Shown piece after piece: positions 23,423 through 32,331 of a stretch of DNA of 34,807 bases. Positions within the stretch are counted from its first letter, which is position 1. Each line of letters starts with the position of its first letter. Location: NCBI GenBank assembly GCA_030630585.1, contig DAOVMU010000001.1, forward strand, positions 1 to 34,807, written 5' to 3'. The DNA is from Candidatus Bathyarchaeota archaeon (GTDB lineage Archaea > Thermoproteota > Bathyarchaeia > Bathyarchaeales > Bathycorpusculaceae). Below the pieces are notes generated by a model. That model saw nothing but the letters and a program-made list of their open reading frames with translations. It was not told the DNA's origin and did no database searches. Made by a program: the position numbers and the translations under genes.

Positions 23423-25303
23423 TTGCACGGTTATGCAGGTCGAATCCTTCACGTAGACTTAACAACAGGCAAAGCCCATGTTGAGCCCTTGAACGGAGAA
23501 TACGCAAGAAAATACATAGGTGGAATAGGTCTAGGAATCCGACTGTTGTTAGACCAGTCTGAACCAGGAGTAGATCCCTTCAGTCCAGAAAACCCGCTGA
23601 TTCTCACAACAGGACCAATATCAGGCACTATGTGGCCTACTGGCGGAAACGGACATGCCTTCGTTTCAAAATCACCACAAAGCTTCGGAGTCGGTGAATC
23701 CAAAGCCCACGGCTCGTTCGGAACAGAACTGAAAAGAGCTGGATATGACGCCGTTATCTTTAAGGGCAAAGCTGAAAAACTCGTTTACGTGTGGATTGAC
23801 GATGATTCTGTACAGCTTTTAGACGCATCACAGCTTAAGGGTAAGTCACCAGCTGAAACAGAAGACGCCATAAAGGAAGAGTTAGGCGACTATTACATTC
23901 GTGTCGCCTCTATAGGCCCAGCTGGAGAAAAACTTGCTCGCCTAGCCTGTGTCATTAACGAAAAAACCCGCGCTGCTGGAAGAACTGGAATGGGCGCTGT
24001 TATGGGTTCAAAAAACCTTAAAGCAATCGCGGTGCGTGGAACCCTTGACATTACAGTAGCGAAGCCAGAGGAGTTCATGGAATTTGTCAAAGAATTTCAC
24101 GAAAGAATGAAAGGCCCAGCTACACACAAATACAGAACCCTTGGCACTGCTGCAAACGTGCTAGTGCACAATTCCCTAGCCTGCATGCCCACAAGAAATT
24201 ACAACAACGCGTCTTTTGAAGGAGCAGAAAAGGTAAGCGGAGAAAATCTCAACGAAAGATTTGTGGCAAAAATAATAGGATGCAGCTCTTGTGCAATGAG
24301 ATGTGAACACATGTGTGTTGTTCCCGAAGGCCCCTACAAAGGAACTATGACTAGAATGGAATATGAGACCCTATGGGCTATGGGACCATACTGTGGAGTA
24401 GACCGGTTGGATGCCATTATAAAAGGAATGGATCTCTGCAATTACTACGGAATAGACGCAATTGGCGCAGGAGTCATAGCTGGTTTTGCCATGGACTGCT
24501 ACGAGAAAGGAATATTAACAGAGAAAGATCTCGAAGGAATAGATGCCAGATTTGGAAACCACGAGGCTATGGTTCAGCTCATTGAAAAAATCGGCACACG
24601 TGAAGGTATCGGTGATATACTGGCTGAGGGCGTGAAAATCGCTGGAGAAAAAATAGGTAAAGGAGCAGAAAAGCTGGCACAGCACATTAAAGGAGTTGAA
24701 GTTACTGGTTACGATCTTAGAACACTCAAAACAGCTGCCCTGGGCTTTGCAGTATCCTTCCGTGGAGCAGATCATAACAGACATGGAGCCTATAGCTTCG
24801 ACGTTAAAGGAAAAGTCAACCGATTCATTGTCGAGAAAGGAAGAGGAAAACTGGTTAAGGACATGGAAGACCAGTACACCATAGTTGATTCATTAATCGT
24901 CTGCAAATTCTCAAGAGGCACTTACTACAAGGAATTTGAAGACATGGCCAAGCTTTACAATTTAGTTACGGGAGTTGAGATGACGGCGGAGGATCTGAGG
25001 CAGGCTGGTGAGAGAATAAACAATGTTGCCAGACTATTCAATATTAGAGAAGGCTTGGGTAGAAAGGATGACACATTACCATACAAGGTTATGCATCTTC
25101 CAGTCCCAGACGAAGGCCCATCAAAAGGAGCCTACGTTACACAAAAAGAACTAGATTTCCTTCTAGACGACTATTACGAAACACGCGGATGGACAAAAGA
25201 GGGCAAGCCAACCAAAGAAAAACTCAAAGAACTGGGAATGAACGACCTCATCCCCATAGTTGAGGCAAAAACTGGACCACGAGAAAAAGCGGGGGAGGAG
25301 TAG
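23423..25303 (+). CDS. aor: Aldehyde:ferredoxin oxidoreductase family tungstopterin enzyme
   Basis: YAGRILHVDLTTGK at the N-terminus, GRTGMGAVMGSKNLKAIAV, the [4Fe-4S] motif GCSSCAMRCEH and the pterin-binding DSLIVCKF are present. The 626-aa length is typical of AOR/FOR-type members. It starts at TTG behind a strong Shine-Dalgarno; the nearby ATG 23419 is out of frame. Confidence 0.9.
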   Translation: MHGYAGRILHVDLTTGKAHVEPLNGEYARKYIGGIGLGIRLLLDQSEPGVDPFSPENPLILTTGPISGTMWPTGGNGHAFVSKSPQSFGVGESKAHGSFGTELKRAGYDAVIFKGKAEKLVYVWIDDDSVQLLDASQLKGKSPAETEDAIKEELGDYYIRVASIGPAGEKLARLACVINEKTRAAGRTGMGAVMGSKNLKAIAVRGTLDITVAKPEEFMEFVKEFHERMKGPATHKYRTLGTAANVLVHNSLACMPTRNYNNASFEGAEKVSGENLNERFVAKIIGCSSCAMRCEHMCVVPEGPYKGTMTRMEYETLWAMGPYCGVDRLDAIIKGMDLCNYYGIDAIGAGVIAGFAMDCYEKGILTEKDLEGIDARFGNHEAMVQLIEKIGTREGIGDILAEGVKIAGEKIGKGAEKLAQHIKGVEVTGYDLRTLKTAALGFAVSFRGADHNRHGAYSFDVKGKVNRFIVEKGRGKLVKDMEDQYTIVDSLIVCKFSRGTYYKEFEDMAKLYNLVTGVEMTAEDLRQAGERINNVARLFNIREGLGRKDDTLPYKVMHLPVPDEGPSKGAYVTQKELDFLLDDYYETRGWTKEGKPTKEKLKELGMNDLIPIVEAKTGPREKAGEE

Positions 25304-25305
25304 CA

Positions 25306-25815
25306 ATGGTCAAAATTCACGAAAGAAAATTTGTGTCAGCAGATCCAGAAAAATGCGTAGGCTGCCAAGTCTGTGAATATATATGCTCACTAACAAAGGA
25401 ACAGGCTTTCAACCCATTAAAATCCCGGATACGCGTTGTTCGAATAAACCAGCTAATTAACTTAGCGGTCACATGCAGACTCTGTGAAGACCCACCTTGC
25501 GTTGCTGCATGTCCAAGAGACGCCTTGACACAGTCAGAGGAAACTGGTGTAATAATGGTGGATGAAGACAAATGCAACGGCTGCGGATGGTGCATTGAGG
25601 CATGTGATTATGGAGCAATCATGTTGCACCCCGAAAACAAAGTCGTGTTCATCTGTGATCTATGTCAAGAGCAAGGAGAACCCCAATGTGTTAAATGGTG
25701 CCCAGAGGAAGCCCTAGACTTAGTGACAAGTGACGTCTTGGCTCAGAAGGCAAGAATCACAGCAGTAAAGAAACTATTCCAAGAAGCCCTAAAAACTGCT
25801 CCTGTAGCACCTTAA
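25306..25815 (+). CDS. Poly-[4Fe-4S] ferredoxin-type electron-transfer subunit coupled to the AOR gene
   Basis: Four Cys clusters are present: CVGCQVCEYIC, CRLCEDPPCVAACP, CNGCGWCIEAC and CDLCQEQGEPQCVKWCP. The start lies 2 nt after the aor stop. Confidence 0.8.
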   Translation: MVKIHERKFVSADPEKCVGCQVCEYICSLTKEQAFNPLKSRIRVVRINQLINLAVTCRLCEDPPCVAACPRDALTQSEETGVIMVDEDKCNGCGWCIEACDYGAIMLHPENKVVFICDLCQEQGEPQCVKWCPEEALDLVTSDVLAQKARITAVKKLFQEALKTAPVAP

Positions 25816-25946
25816 ATCTTCCCTTTTTAGAAAAGCAATTTACAGACGCGGATTTCCGTATCGCTCAACCGAACTCACGGCTTATCCTTTATGTCTCATA
25901 ACTGCGTCTCCACAATATACGCAGAAATTAAAAAGAAAAAGAGGGG

Positions 25947-28900
25947 TTATGGTTCTTTGTATCCGTATCTAGAGAGCAGTATGACTGCGTCGAAGAGGAA
26001 AACTTGGCCGTTACAGTTTATGTCCAGATTAGGATCGTAGCGAGGGGAGTCTGCCTTGGAGCCATAAGCTTTTAGCAGCGTTACAGCGTCGAAAAGGTCC
26101 ACGTCACCATCTGGCCCTTCAACATCGCCAGGCCACACGATGATTACAGTGTCACCTACGTAAGTGTTGTCAGCGGTATCTGTTTCGCCGAGAACTGGTG
26201 TAGCGTACGCGCTTAGAGTGTAGTTTAAGTATCTTGTTTCACTTGCATCCCACTTGAATGGTACAATTTTGGTTTCGCCAACTAGTAGCGAGACGTTGGT
26301 GGCTGCTATGACGTTTGTTGTATTCCAATAGAGTGTTAGAGTGAAAGTTTCATTTGTTGGACCCTCGTTTGTGACGGTTACGTTGATTGGATGTGTTAGG
26401 TTTTGCCCCAAGATTGTCTGTCCATAACATATCGTAAGGTTTGTCACAGCGATATCAGGTTCCGGCAATGGTTCAAGTGGTGACGTTATCACAGCATATT
26501 CGATGCGAGCTTCCAATTCTGGATTATCAAAGTACCCATCGAGTGCCCAATGATAACCGCTTGGACTTGGCAGAAGCGTCACATGGTAGGCGTCATGAGA
26601 GACTAAACTTGCATCGTTATGTGTGACATATGGTGGTTCTGGTGGATGCACGTGTGGAACCGGTGAACGTCCTGGAGTTCTTCCAGCTTCAAAATCATCT
26701 CTAATGGGGTTGCTAATGAGCAGTTCCTGGGTGGTTGAGTTTATACCTGCAACTGTCACGTAATGACCGCCCTCACGAATTTCGGTGCCATACCAGTAGA
26801 AGCCCAACAGCAGGACAACATCTTGGCATCTTTCAACTTCTTCTTCGATGAACCAGAAGAATTCCCAGTCTTCCCACGCATCTGCCGTGTGTTCGTAGAA
26901 TATACCAGTCTCACCCATATGGGCGATAACTATTAACGCATCATTCATATCGATCACGTTGTCGGTCCATGGAGGATAAGTTGATGATGCAGGCCATATG
27001 TCAGCGGCGAGGTTCCACCCCGGCATACCGGGCGAGGTTCCATAAGCAGCAGCAACTATATCACCATCTATCGAATCTACTACTCCATCGCCATTTACGT
27101 CTCCCTGTGGGTTAACTCCGCTCCATGAAAGGTACTGAGCAAGCCCTGCTTCCATGTCATGAACGTATGTGCCTGACCACCAGACTCCTGTGAATGGCCC
27201 TGTTCTCAAAGCGTCGCAATCCATCAGCCAAGCTAAGTGCTCAACAAGAAATGGAAGGTTTGCCGGGTCATGGTCATCCCAAGGGGGACCCCCATAGCTT
27301 TGAACAAGTGGAAAACTGTCGCTGTAGATTGGCGGCTGCGGCGAACCTGGATTGAGGTAGTACTCGTATTTCGAGTCATACCACCAGATTGAGTTTGCGC
27401 ATGCTACAGGTCCGCAATGGCTCCATGCACCCCACATGTCGGTCCAATTGTAGGTTCCCCATTGTCTCTGGTCAAAGTCTGGCATTCCACTAGGCGCATA
27501 GTCTGGATACGGCGGTTTAATGTACCATGGTTCTTCCGGTTCTTCAAGCAGTCTTGCAGTTACATTCCATGGTGGTGGAATTGGCGGATCTTGTGGATCA
27601 TCTACAAAGTCTATGTGGAATTCGTTTATTCCGTCGTTTGCGTCTACATGGAAGGTTATGCCAGCCCATTCAGGTGGCCAGATTATTTCCCACCATGAAC
27701 ATGGCGCAGGTACAAAACCCGGTGGATCAATAACTACGAACCAGTCGCACGTCTCGATGTCATCGATTTTTCTCTCTGCTGTTAGCTGGTATATTGGTAG
27801 TGGAATGAATGGTTCAGGCCATACCTCATCTACGTGGAAGAGTCCATCTGCAGGAATATACTGGTCTACGTGGAATTCGAAGCCTGTCGGTTCGCCAGTG
27901 TCTGGATCTAGTATTTCCCACCACGAACAATTCTCAGGGGTAAGTGACGGATCACCAACTCTGAACCAGGTGCAAGGTTGTATGATGTCTATTTTCTTTC
28001 TTACTGTAACAGTGTATGATGGCGGTATTGTGATTATTATGTCAGGTTTTGTTTCATCTACATGGAACATCGTGAATCCATCAGTTACGTCTACGTGGAA
28101 CTCTAAGCCTGTTGGGGCACCAGTATCGTCCAGCACTTCCCACCATGAACAAGGGTCAGGAAGGTACTCTATCGGGTCTACAATTATGAACCAGTCGCAA
28201 GGTTCGATCTCTATAATTTTCTTTTCAGCAATCACGTAGGGCACTGGAAACTTAAACACATAAGGTTCTGGGATTACTTCGTCAATGTGGAACTCACAGC
28301 TCTCATTAGTCCAATCAACATGGAAGTTATAGCCAGTCGGCTCGCCGGTCCAAGGATCTATTATCTCCCACCAAGTACACGGTTCTGGATACCAGTCGCT
28401 AGGCCAGTGAACCTCATAATATTCACAGGGTTCAATGATGGGTATCTTTTGAATTGCCCACACTTCGTACCACGGAAACGGCAGCACATAAATGCCGGGG
28501 TCACCGTAGATTAATACCTCGTCTATGTGGAATTCACAGCTCTCATTAGTCCAGTCAACATGAAACTCAACGCCAGTCAGTTCGCCAGTTTCAGGATCAA
28601 TTATTTCCCACCAAGTGCACGGTTCCGGATACCAGCCGCTAGGCCAGTGAACTTCGTAGTATTGGCATGGTTCTATGATGTCTATCTTTTTGACAGCTTT
28701 GAAAACCTCGTAAGGAATTGGAAATCCCTGGACTGGCACCGTTGCATCCACATGGAATGTGTCAAAACCATCATTGCCATCGACGTGAAACTCGCCTAAG
28801 AGTTCCCCTGTATACATGTCAATTGCCTCCCACCATGAACATTCTTCAGGCAGAAACCCTTCTGGCTCCACGACCCTGAGTAAGTCACACGGTTCGAGCC

Positions 28901-29168
28901 AACCATCACTTAGCTCAAAAACCAGCATTACGATGCCTGACTGAAACGCCATTTCAACACCGGATTCGAATACCATTGATGTGTAGTCTTTGAACGTCAT
29001 TTCTACATCGGTCGTGAAGTCGATTTTTTCGCCAGAAGTGAAACTCATATTGCCATTTTCAGCGTAGGCTACGTTGAACGGTAGAAATGCTAAGGAACTG
29101 GCAAGCATTAGCGAAACTAAAATCAAAGCCGAAGCATTAGAACTAAGGTTTTTTGTCAATTTCTCCAT
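25947..29168 (-). CDS. 1073-aa secreted multidomain surface protein: signal/anchor, six novel Cys/Trp repeats, papain-like (C39-like) domain with an inserted dockerin-like module, CARDB-like domain, C-terminal dockerin-like module
   Basis: The N-terminal hydrophobic segment is ALILVSLMLASSLAFLP...AYA. Repeats span aa 91-540. WSHCGPVACANSIWWY and GGHYVTVAG look like a Cys/His peptidase pair. GDVNGDGVVDSIDGDIVAAAYG and DVDLFDAVTLLKAYG...DINCNGQVFLFDAVILLSRYG are dockerin-like F-hand pairs. PDIAVTNL...VTVTNEGPTNETFTLTLYWN is CARDB-like. Confidence 0.8.
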   Translation of the reverse strand: MEKLTKNLSSNASALILVSLMLASSLAFLPFNVAYAENGNMSFTSGEKIDFTTDVEMTFKDYTSMVFESGVEMAFQSGIVMLVFELSDGWLEPCDLLRVVEPEGFLPEECSWWEAIDMYTGELLGEFHVDGNDGFDTFHVDATVPVQGFPIPYEVFKAVKKIDIIEPCQYYEVHWPSGWYPEPCTWWEIIDPETGELTGVEFHVDWTNESCEFHIDEVLIYGDPGIYVLPFPWYEVWAIQKIPIIEPCEYYEVHWPSDWYPEPCTWWEIIDPWTGEPTGYNFHVDWTNESCEFHIDEVIPEPYVFKFPVPYVIAEKKIIEIEPCDWFIIVDPIEYLPDPCSWWEVLDDTGAPTGLEFHVDVTDGFTMFHVDETKPDIIITIPPSYTVTVRKKIDIIQPCTWFRVGDPSLTPENCSWWEILDPDTGEPTGFEFHVDQYIPADGLFHVDEVWPEPFIPLPIYQLTAERKIDDIETCDWFVVIDPPGFVPAPCSWWEIIWPPEWAGITFHVDANDGINEFHIDFVDDPQDPPIPPPWNVTARLLEEPEEPWYIKPPYPDYAPSGMPDFDQRQWGTYNWTDMWGAWSHCGPVACANSIWWYDSKYEYYLNPGSPQPPIYSDSFPLVQSYGGPPWDDHDPANLPFLVEHLAWLMDCDALRTGPFTGVWWSGTYVHDMEAGLAQYLSWSGVNPQGDVNGDGVVDSIDGDIVAAAYGTSPGMPGWNLAADIWPASSTYPPWTDNVIDMNDALIVIAHMGETGIFYEHTADAWEDWEFFWFIEEEVERCQDVVLLLGFYWYGTEIREGGHYVTVAGINSTTQELLISNPIRDDFEAGRTPGRSPVPHVHPPEPPYVTHNDASLVSHDAYHVTLLPSPSGYHWALDGYFDNPELEARIEYAVITSPLEPLPEPDIAVTNLTICYGQTILGQNLTHPINVTVTNEGPTNETFTLTLYWNTTNVIAATNVSLLVGETKIVPFKWDASETRYLNYTLSAYATPVLGETDTADNTYVGDTVIIVWPGDVEGPDGDVDLFDAVTLLKAYGSKADSPRYDPNLDINCNGQVFLFDAVILLSRYGYKEP
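27549..28898 (-). repeat. Six in-frame tandem coding repeats (74-80 codons each) within the 1073-aa gene
   Basis: Units start at aa 92, 166, 246, 322, 397 and 472, each at [EQ][PT]C. Each contains C[ST]WWE[AIV][IL], FHVD and FH[VI]D. Units 2 and 3 (about 28206-28673) are also highly similar at the DNA level with a 240-nt offset. Confidence 0.85.
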
Positions 29169-29207
29169 TCTCCTATTTTTGAAGTACGCATAACATATGA
29201 CAAGAAT

Positions 29208-29222
29208 AAACTTTTAAAGTTT
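29208..29222 (-). promoter_or_regulatory. Putative TATA box for the 1073-aa surface-protein gene
   Basis: On the minus strand, ACTTTAAAAGTTTAT lies about 40 nt upstream of the ATG at 29168, and an AGGAG Shine-Dalgarno lies just upstream of the start. Pattern only. Confidence 0.25.
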
Positions 29223-29269
29223 GTGAGGCTAAGTTCTATGCTTAGACCACGTTGGATCACTGTCTAGTG

Positions 29270-31663
29270 TTAGTGACAGTCACATCGTCTTCCATAGTTC
29301 ATGCACACTATCATTAGGTCATATTCGTCTACGACGTTATATGGTTCCGCAATGTCACATCTGGGATTCCAGTTGGGGTCTCCTGGCTGAGAACCAAAAG
29401 CTAAACATATCCAGACGGCATCGTAAAGATTAACTGCAAGGTCATGGTTAATGTCAGCAGGACTCCAATAGAGGTTCATTAAAGGGTAGTTGTCAATGCC
29501 TAGCCACGGCAATTCGGTGTCTCCAATTCCATCACCATTAGAATCAGTACCATTATAATCACTCCAATAATTACCTTCGCAACCATTGTCCCAGACATTT
29601 TGGTATGAAAACACCAAATCTGCCTGTTCACTGTTTTCAACTAGATTGTTGTGAAAAATACTGTTAAGGTGTGAAGAAGAAAACCGGATTCCATAAAGAT
29701 TATTCAGAATAGTGTTACGTCGAAGATAGTTGTGACTGGCTTCATAAAGGGAAATCCCTTTCTCACAGTCTCCTGCAATGTTATTTTCAACGACATTATA
29801 ATCCGATTTATAAAGTTGAATCCCAACCCAATTCTTAAAGCAGCAACTATTGTTTACTATGTTGTCATTTGAAGCTTGAAGATATATGCCATAACAGTTC
29901 TCTGAAGCCGTTACGTTTTCTATCCTCGAGTCGGTTACATTATACCAGAAGAGACCATGACCGTTTTTAGTTAGGTTCAAGTTCCGCACAGTAATGTTAA
30001 GGCAGTTTATGAGGTATAGAACGCCTATGCTTGTTTGGTTGTCAAACACTTCATCTTCAGAGCCGACGACATAATTGATTGGCTTCCCGTCAACAGTGTT
30101 GCTTACGTCTACCGTATTGTTGAAATTCGAAAAACCGCCGCCGAAAACGCCGAAATTGTACGAATTGTTAAAAATCTCATTCTGATTGAGAACGTTGTCG
30201 CTTGAATGCCATAACAATACTCCATTTTCATAATTGGAAGAAATAATGTTGTCGTCTATGAGACAGCTTTGTGAAAAGAAAAGGTAAAGCCCGATTCGAT
30301 TACTCGTTATTAAGCAGTGACGTATGTTGCTTCCAACGCTATGATTTAAGAGGACGCCGCAATCATCTCCATAAGGTGGAAAGTTGAACCCGCTGTTACA
30401 TATGGTGAAATTGATAACGTTGACGTTGTCTGCATTCACTGACAAAACCGTGCCTGTGTTTCCTCCATCTATAACTGTTGTTGTTTTATTCTCCCCGATA
30501 AGAGTCAAAGGTTTATGTATATTCACGTTCTCACTGTATATACCTGGGTCAACCCGTAATGTATGTCCGTCCAAAGTTTCGGAAGCATCTACTGCGGATT
30601 GTATTGTTAAATAGGTTAAGTTCGTGTTTATATTACGGACAGAGCCGTAGGGACGCATCAGAGGATACCTATCTACGTCATAACTATTGACAGCATAAGG
30701 GGTGTCACCTATCCCGTCGCTACAGGTTTGGTTTTGATAAGGTCCGCTGTGTATATCTGTGCCATTGTAGCGGCTCCAGTGGTTTCCTCCTGAGGGGTAA
30801 CCATCATCCCATATATTTCCTGACCATACATGAATGAACGGGTTCGTATTGTTGATGAAATTGTTGTGATAGATGAAGTTGTTGAAGAATGTTCCGTTTG
30901 GAGGCATTTTTTCTATCGTGCCATCATATGTATTGTTGTAAACCGTGTTGGCCGTTATGTTGTTGTATGAGCATGGTGAATACAGGCGAACGCCTTGGCT
31001 GTTTTGAGTAATATTATTTCCTTTCACAGTACAGCCTGTTGCGTTTTGCAGGTGAACGCCTGCAATACAATTGGAAACGTTGTTGCCAATTGCTGTGCAA
31101 TTAACGGAATTTATTAATCTGATTCCATAGCCATCACCCGCTATTGTGTTGTGGAAAACTCGAGAATTCTGTGAATGATTTAATCTAATGTTCTGGCAGT
31201 TATAAAACAGAAAGTTATTTTTGATCTCGCAGTTATCAGCACGATAAACATAGATTCCGTTTTTAAACCATCCCCAACCACTGTTCTGCAATGTGAAATC
31301 AGCTATGGTTACATCATCCGCTGTTATACCTACAACAGTACCGCCACTACTACCGTCAATTATTGTTGTCGAAGCGTTTTCCCCAATAAGCGAAATTGTC
31401 TTGTTTATGACTATACGTTCATAGTAGACGGCTGAAGGAACATAGATGGTTGAGCCATTTTCAGCTTTGTTAATCGCCTCTTGTATTGAGCTAAAATTCG
31501 CCTGAATGAACCGTCGTCCAAGGTTCATAATAAGAAAATCAATGAGAGAAGGAGAATCACGATGCGCAGCAACTCGCAGGAAAACAAAGCCGGAAACAAT
31601 CAACCAGAAACCTATCGAAAAAACCACTAGCAACTCCAACATCTTCACCGGATTTATTCGCAT
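29270..31663 (-). CDS. 797-aa secreted/anchored right-handed parallel beta-helix (PbH1 / NosD-like) repeat protein with a C-terminal dockerin-like module
   Basis: The N-terminal TM is LLVVFSIGFWLIVSGFVFL. Two blocks of about 22-aa beta-helix repeats are present (NxIxxNxxxGIxLxxSxxNxI, for example IENVTASENCYGIYLQASNDNIV). Each block ends in a DGIGDTPY / GDGIGDTELP motif. The C-terminal ADINHDLAVNLYDAVWICLAFG...VVDEYDLMIVCMNYG is dockerin-like. I count roughly 30 N-x-S/T sequons by eye. Confidence 0.8.
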   Translation of the reverse strand: MRINPVKMLELLVVFSIGFWLIVSGFVFLRVAAHRDSPSLIDFLIMNLGRRFIQANFSSIQEAINKAENGSTIYVPSAVYYERIVINKTISLIGENASTTIIDGSSGGTVVGITADDVTIADFTLQNSGWGWFKNGIYVYRADNCEIKNNFLFYNCQNIRLNHSQNSRVFHNTIAGDGYGIRLINSVNCTAIGNNVSNCIAGVHLQNATGCTVKGNNITQNSQGVRLYSPCSYNNITANTVYNNTYDGTIEKMPPNGTFFNNFIYHNNFINNTNPFIHVWSGNIWDDGYPSGGNHWSRYNGTDIHSGPYQNQTCSDGIGDTPYAVNSYDVDRYPLMRPYGSVRNINTNLTYLTIQSAVDASETLDGHTLRVDPGIYSENVNIHKPLTLIGENKTTTVIDGGNTGTVLSVNADNVNVINFTICNSGFNFPPYGDDCGVLLNHSVGSNIRHCLITSNRIGLYLFFSQSCLIDDNIISSNYENGVLLWHSSDNVLNQNEIFNNSYNFGVFGGGFSNFNNTVDVSNTVDGKPINYVVGSEDEVFDNQTSIGVLYLINCLNITVRNLNLTKNGHGLFWYNVTDSRIENVTASENCYGIYLQASNDNIVNNSCCFKNWVGIQLYKSDYNVVENNIAGDCEKGISLYEASHNYLRRNTILNNLYGIRFSSSHLNSIFHNNLVENSEQADLVFSYQNVWDNGCEGNYWSDYNGTDSNGDGIGDTELPWLGIDNYPLMNLYWSPADINHDLAVNLYDAVWICLAFGSQPGDPNWNPRCDIAEPYNVVDEYDLMIVCMNYGRRCDCH

Positions 31664-31786
31664 TTACTCCTCTCCTCTCACTCACCGCTCACTTCAGGAT
31701 AAATAAATCCATATCGCCACCTATTACTTTAACGGACACTCGCTTGCCCCCAACATCCTAGATCTTCTTTTCACAGACCCTCAGCC

Positions 31787-32305
31787 TCAGGGAAGGATCT
31801 CCAGCAAAATGTCAACGATTTTCTGCGCTGATGCTTCAACCTCAGGCGTTAGTCCTTCCCCAAAACCAGCCTTCTTGGGCTCTATCAACAGCAGGGCAAT
31901 TTTTGCCTCTGTCGTTTCAGCAAGGTACTCGCAAAAAATCCTTAAGGGAAGTGCATGTGTAGAATATGCTGGAAACGCCGCTAACCGTTCTGGTTTAATA
32001 AGTCTAGAATCTCCAGGTTCTAAGCCTAGAATCGCCGCGTCTACTAGCAAGACATGTGTCGGATTGAAGTCTATGATTTTCTGGATAAAGTTTTCCGGGA
32101 CAGTCTCACATTCAATCAAGTAGACATTTTCAGAAACTTTTCCCTTTAAATCTTGAGCTATTTTAGTTCCAACAAAATCATCCATGCGAATAGGGTTTCC
32201 AATTCCGGCTACGACTACTTTTTCAGCGTTTGAGAGCCACGTCTTCAATTCTCCTTCCATCTTCCAGCCTCTGCTAATCATTGGACGATCTCCATAAAAA
32301 CCCAA
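31787..32305 (-). CDS. [NiFe] hydrogenase maturation endopeptidase (HycI/FrhD/HyaD family)
   Basis: VVVAGIGNPIRMDDFVGTKIAQDL is the GxGNxxxxDDGxG signature, and LLVDA and STHALPL are present. It lies directly downstream of the large subunit gene. The start may be an internal Met (32260). Confidence 0.8.
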   Translation of the reverse strand: MGFYGDRPMISRGWKMEGELKTWLSNAEKVVVAGIGNPIRMDDFVGTKIAQDLKGKVSENVYLIECETVPENFIQKIIDFNPTHVLLVDAAILGLEPGDSRLIKPERLAAFPAYSTHALPLRIFCEYLAETTEAKIALLLIEPKKAGFGEGLTPEVEASAQKIVDILLEILP

Positions 32306-32331
32306 CGAAAACTGAAAGGAAATAAAAAGGG

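Noticed and set aside
27520-28239. 239-aa plus-strand ORF, with neighbours at 27417-27698, 28287-28514 and 28527-28799, inside the repeat region
   Set aside because: It is antisense to the 1073-aa gene. Its product is low-complexity and Ser/Gly-rich, and the open frame is a by-product of the repetitive codon structure on the other strand. The minus-strand product has coherent domains and a signal peptide.
27549-28898. Possibility that the periodic DNA repeats form a CRISPR array or satellite
   Set aside because: The period is 222-240 nt, in frame and within one long ORF. The units diverge like protein repeats, with conserved Cys, Trp and His codons. There are no short identical direct repeats separated by unique spacers.
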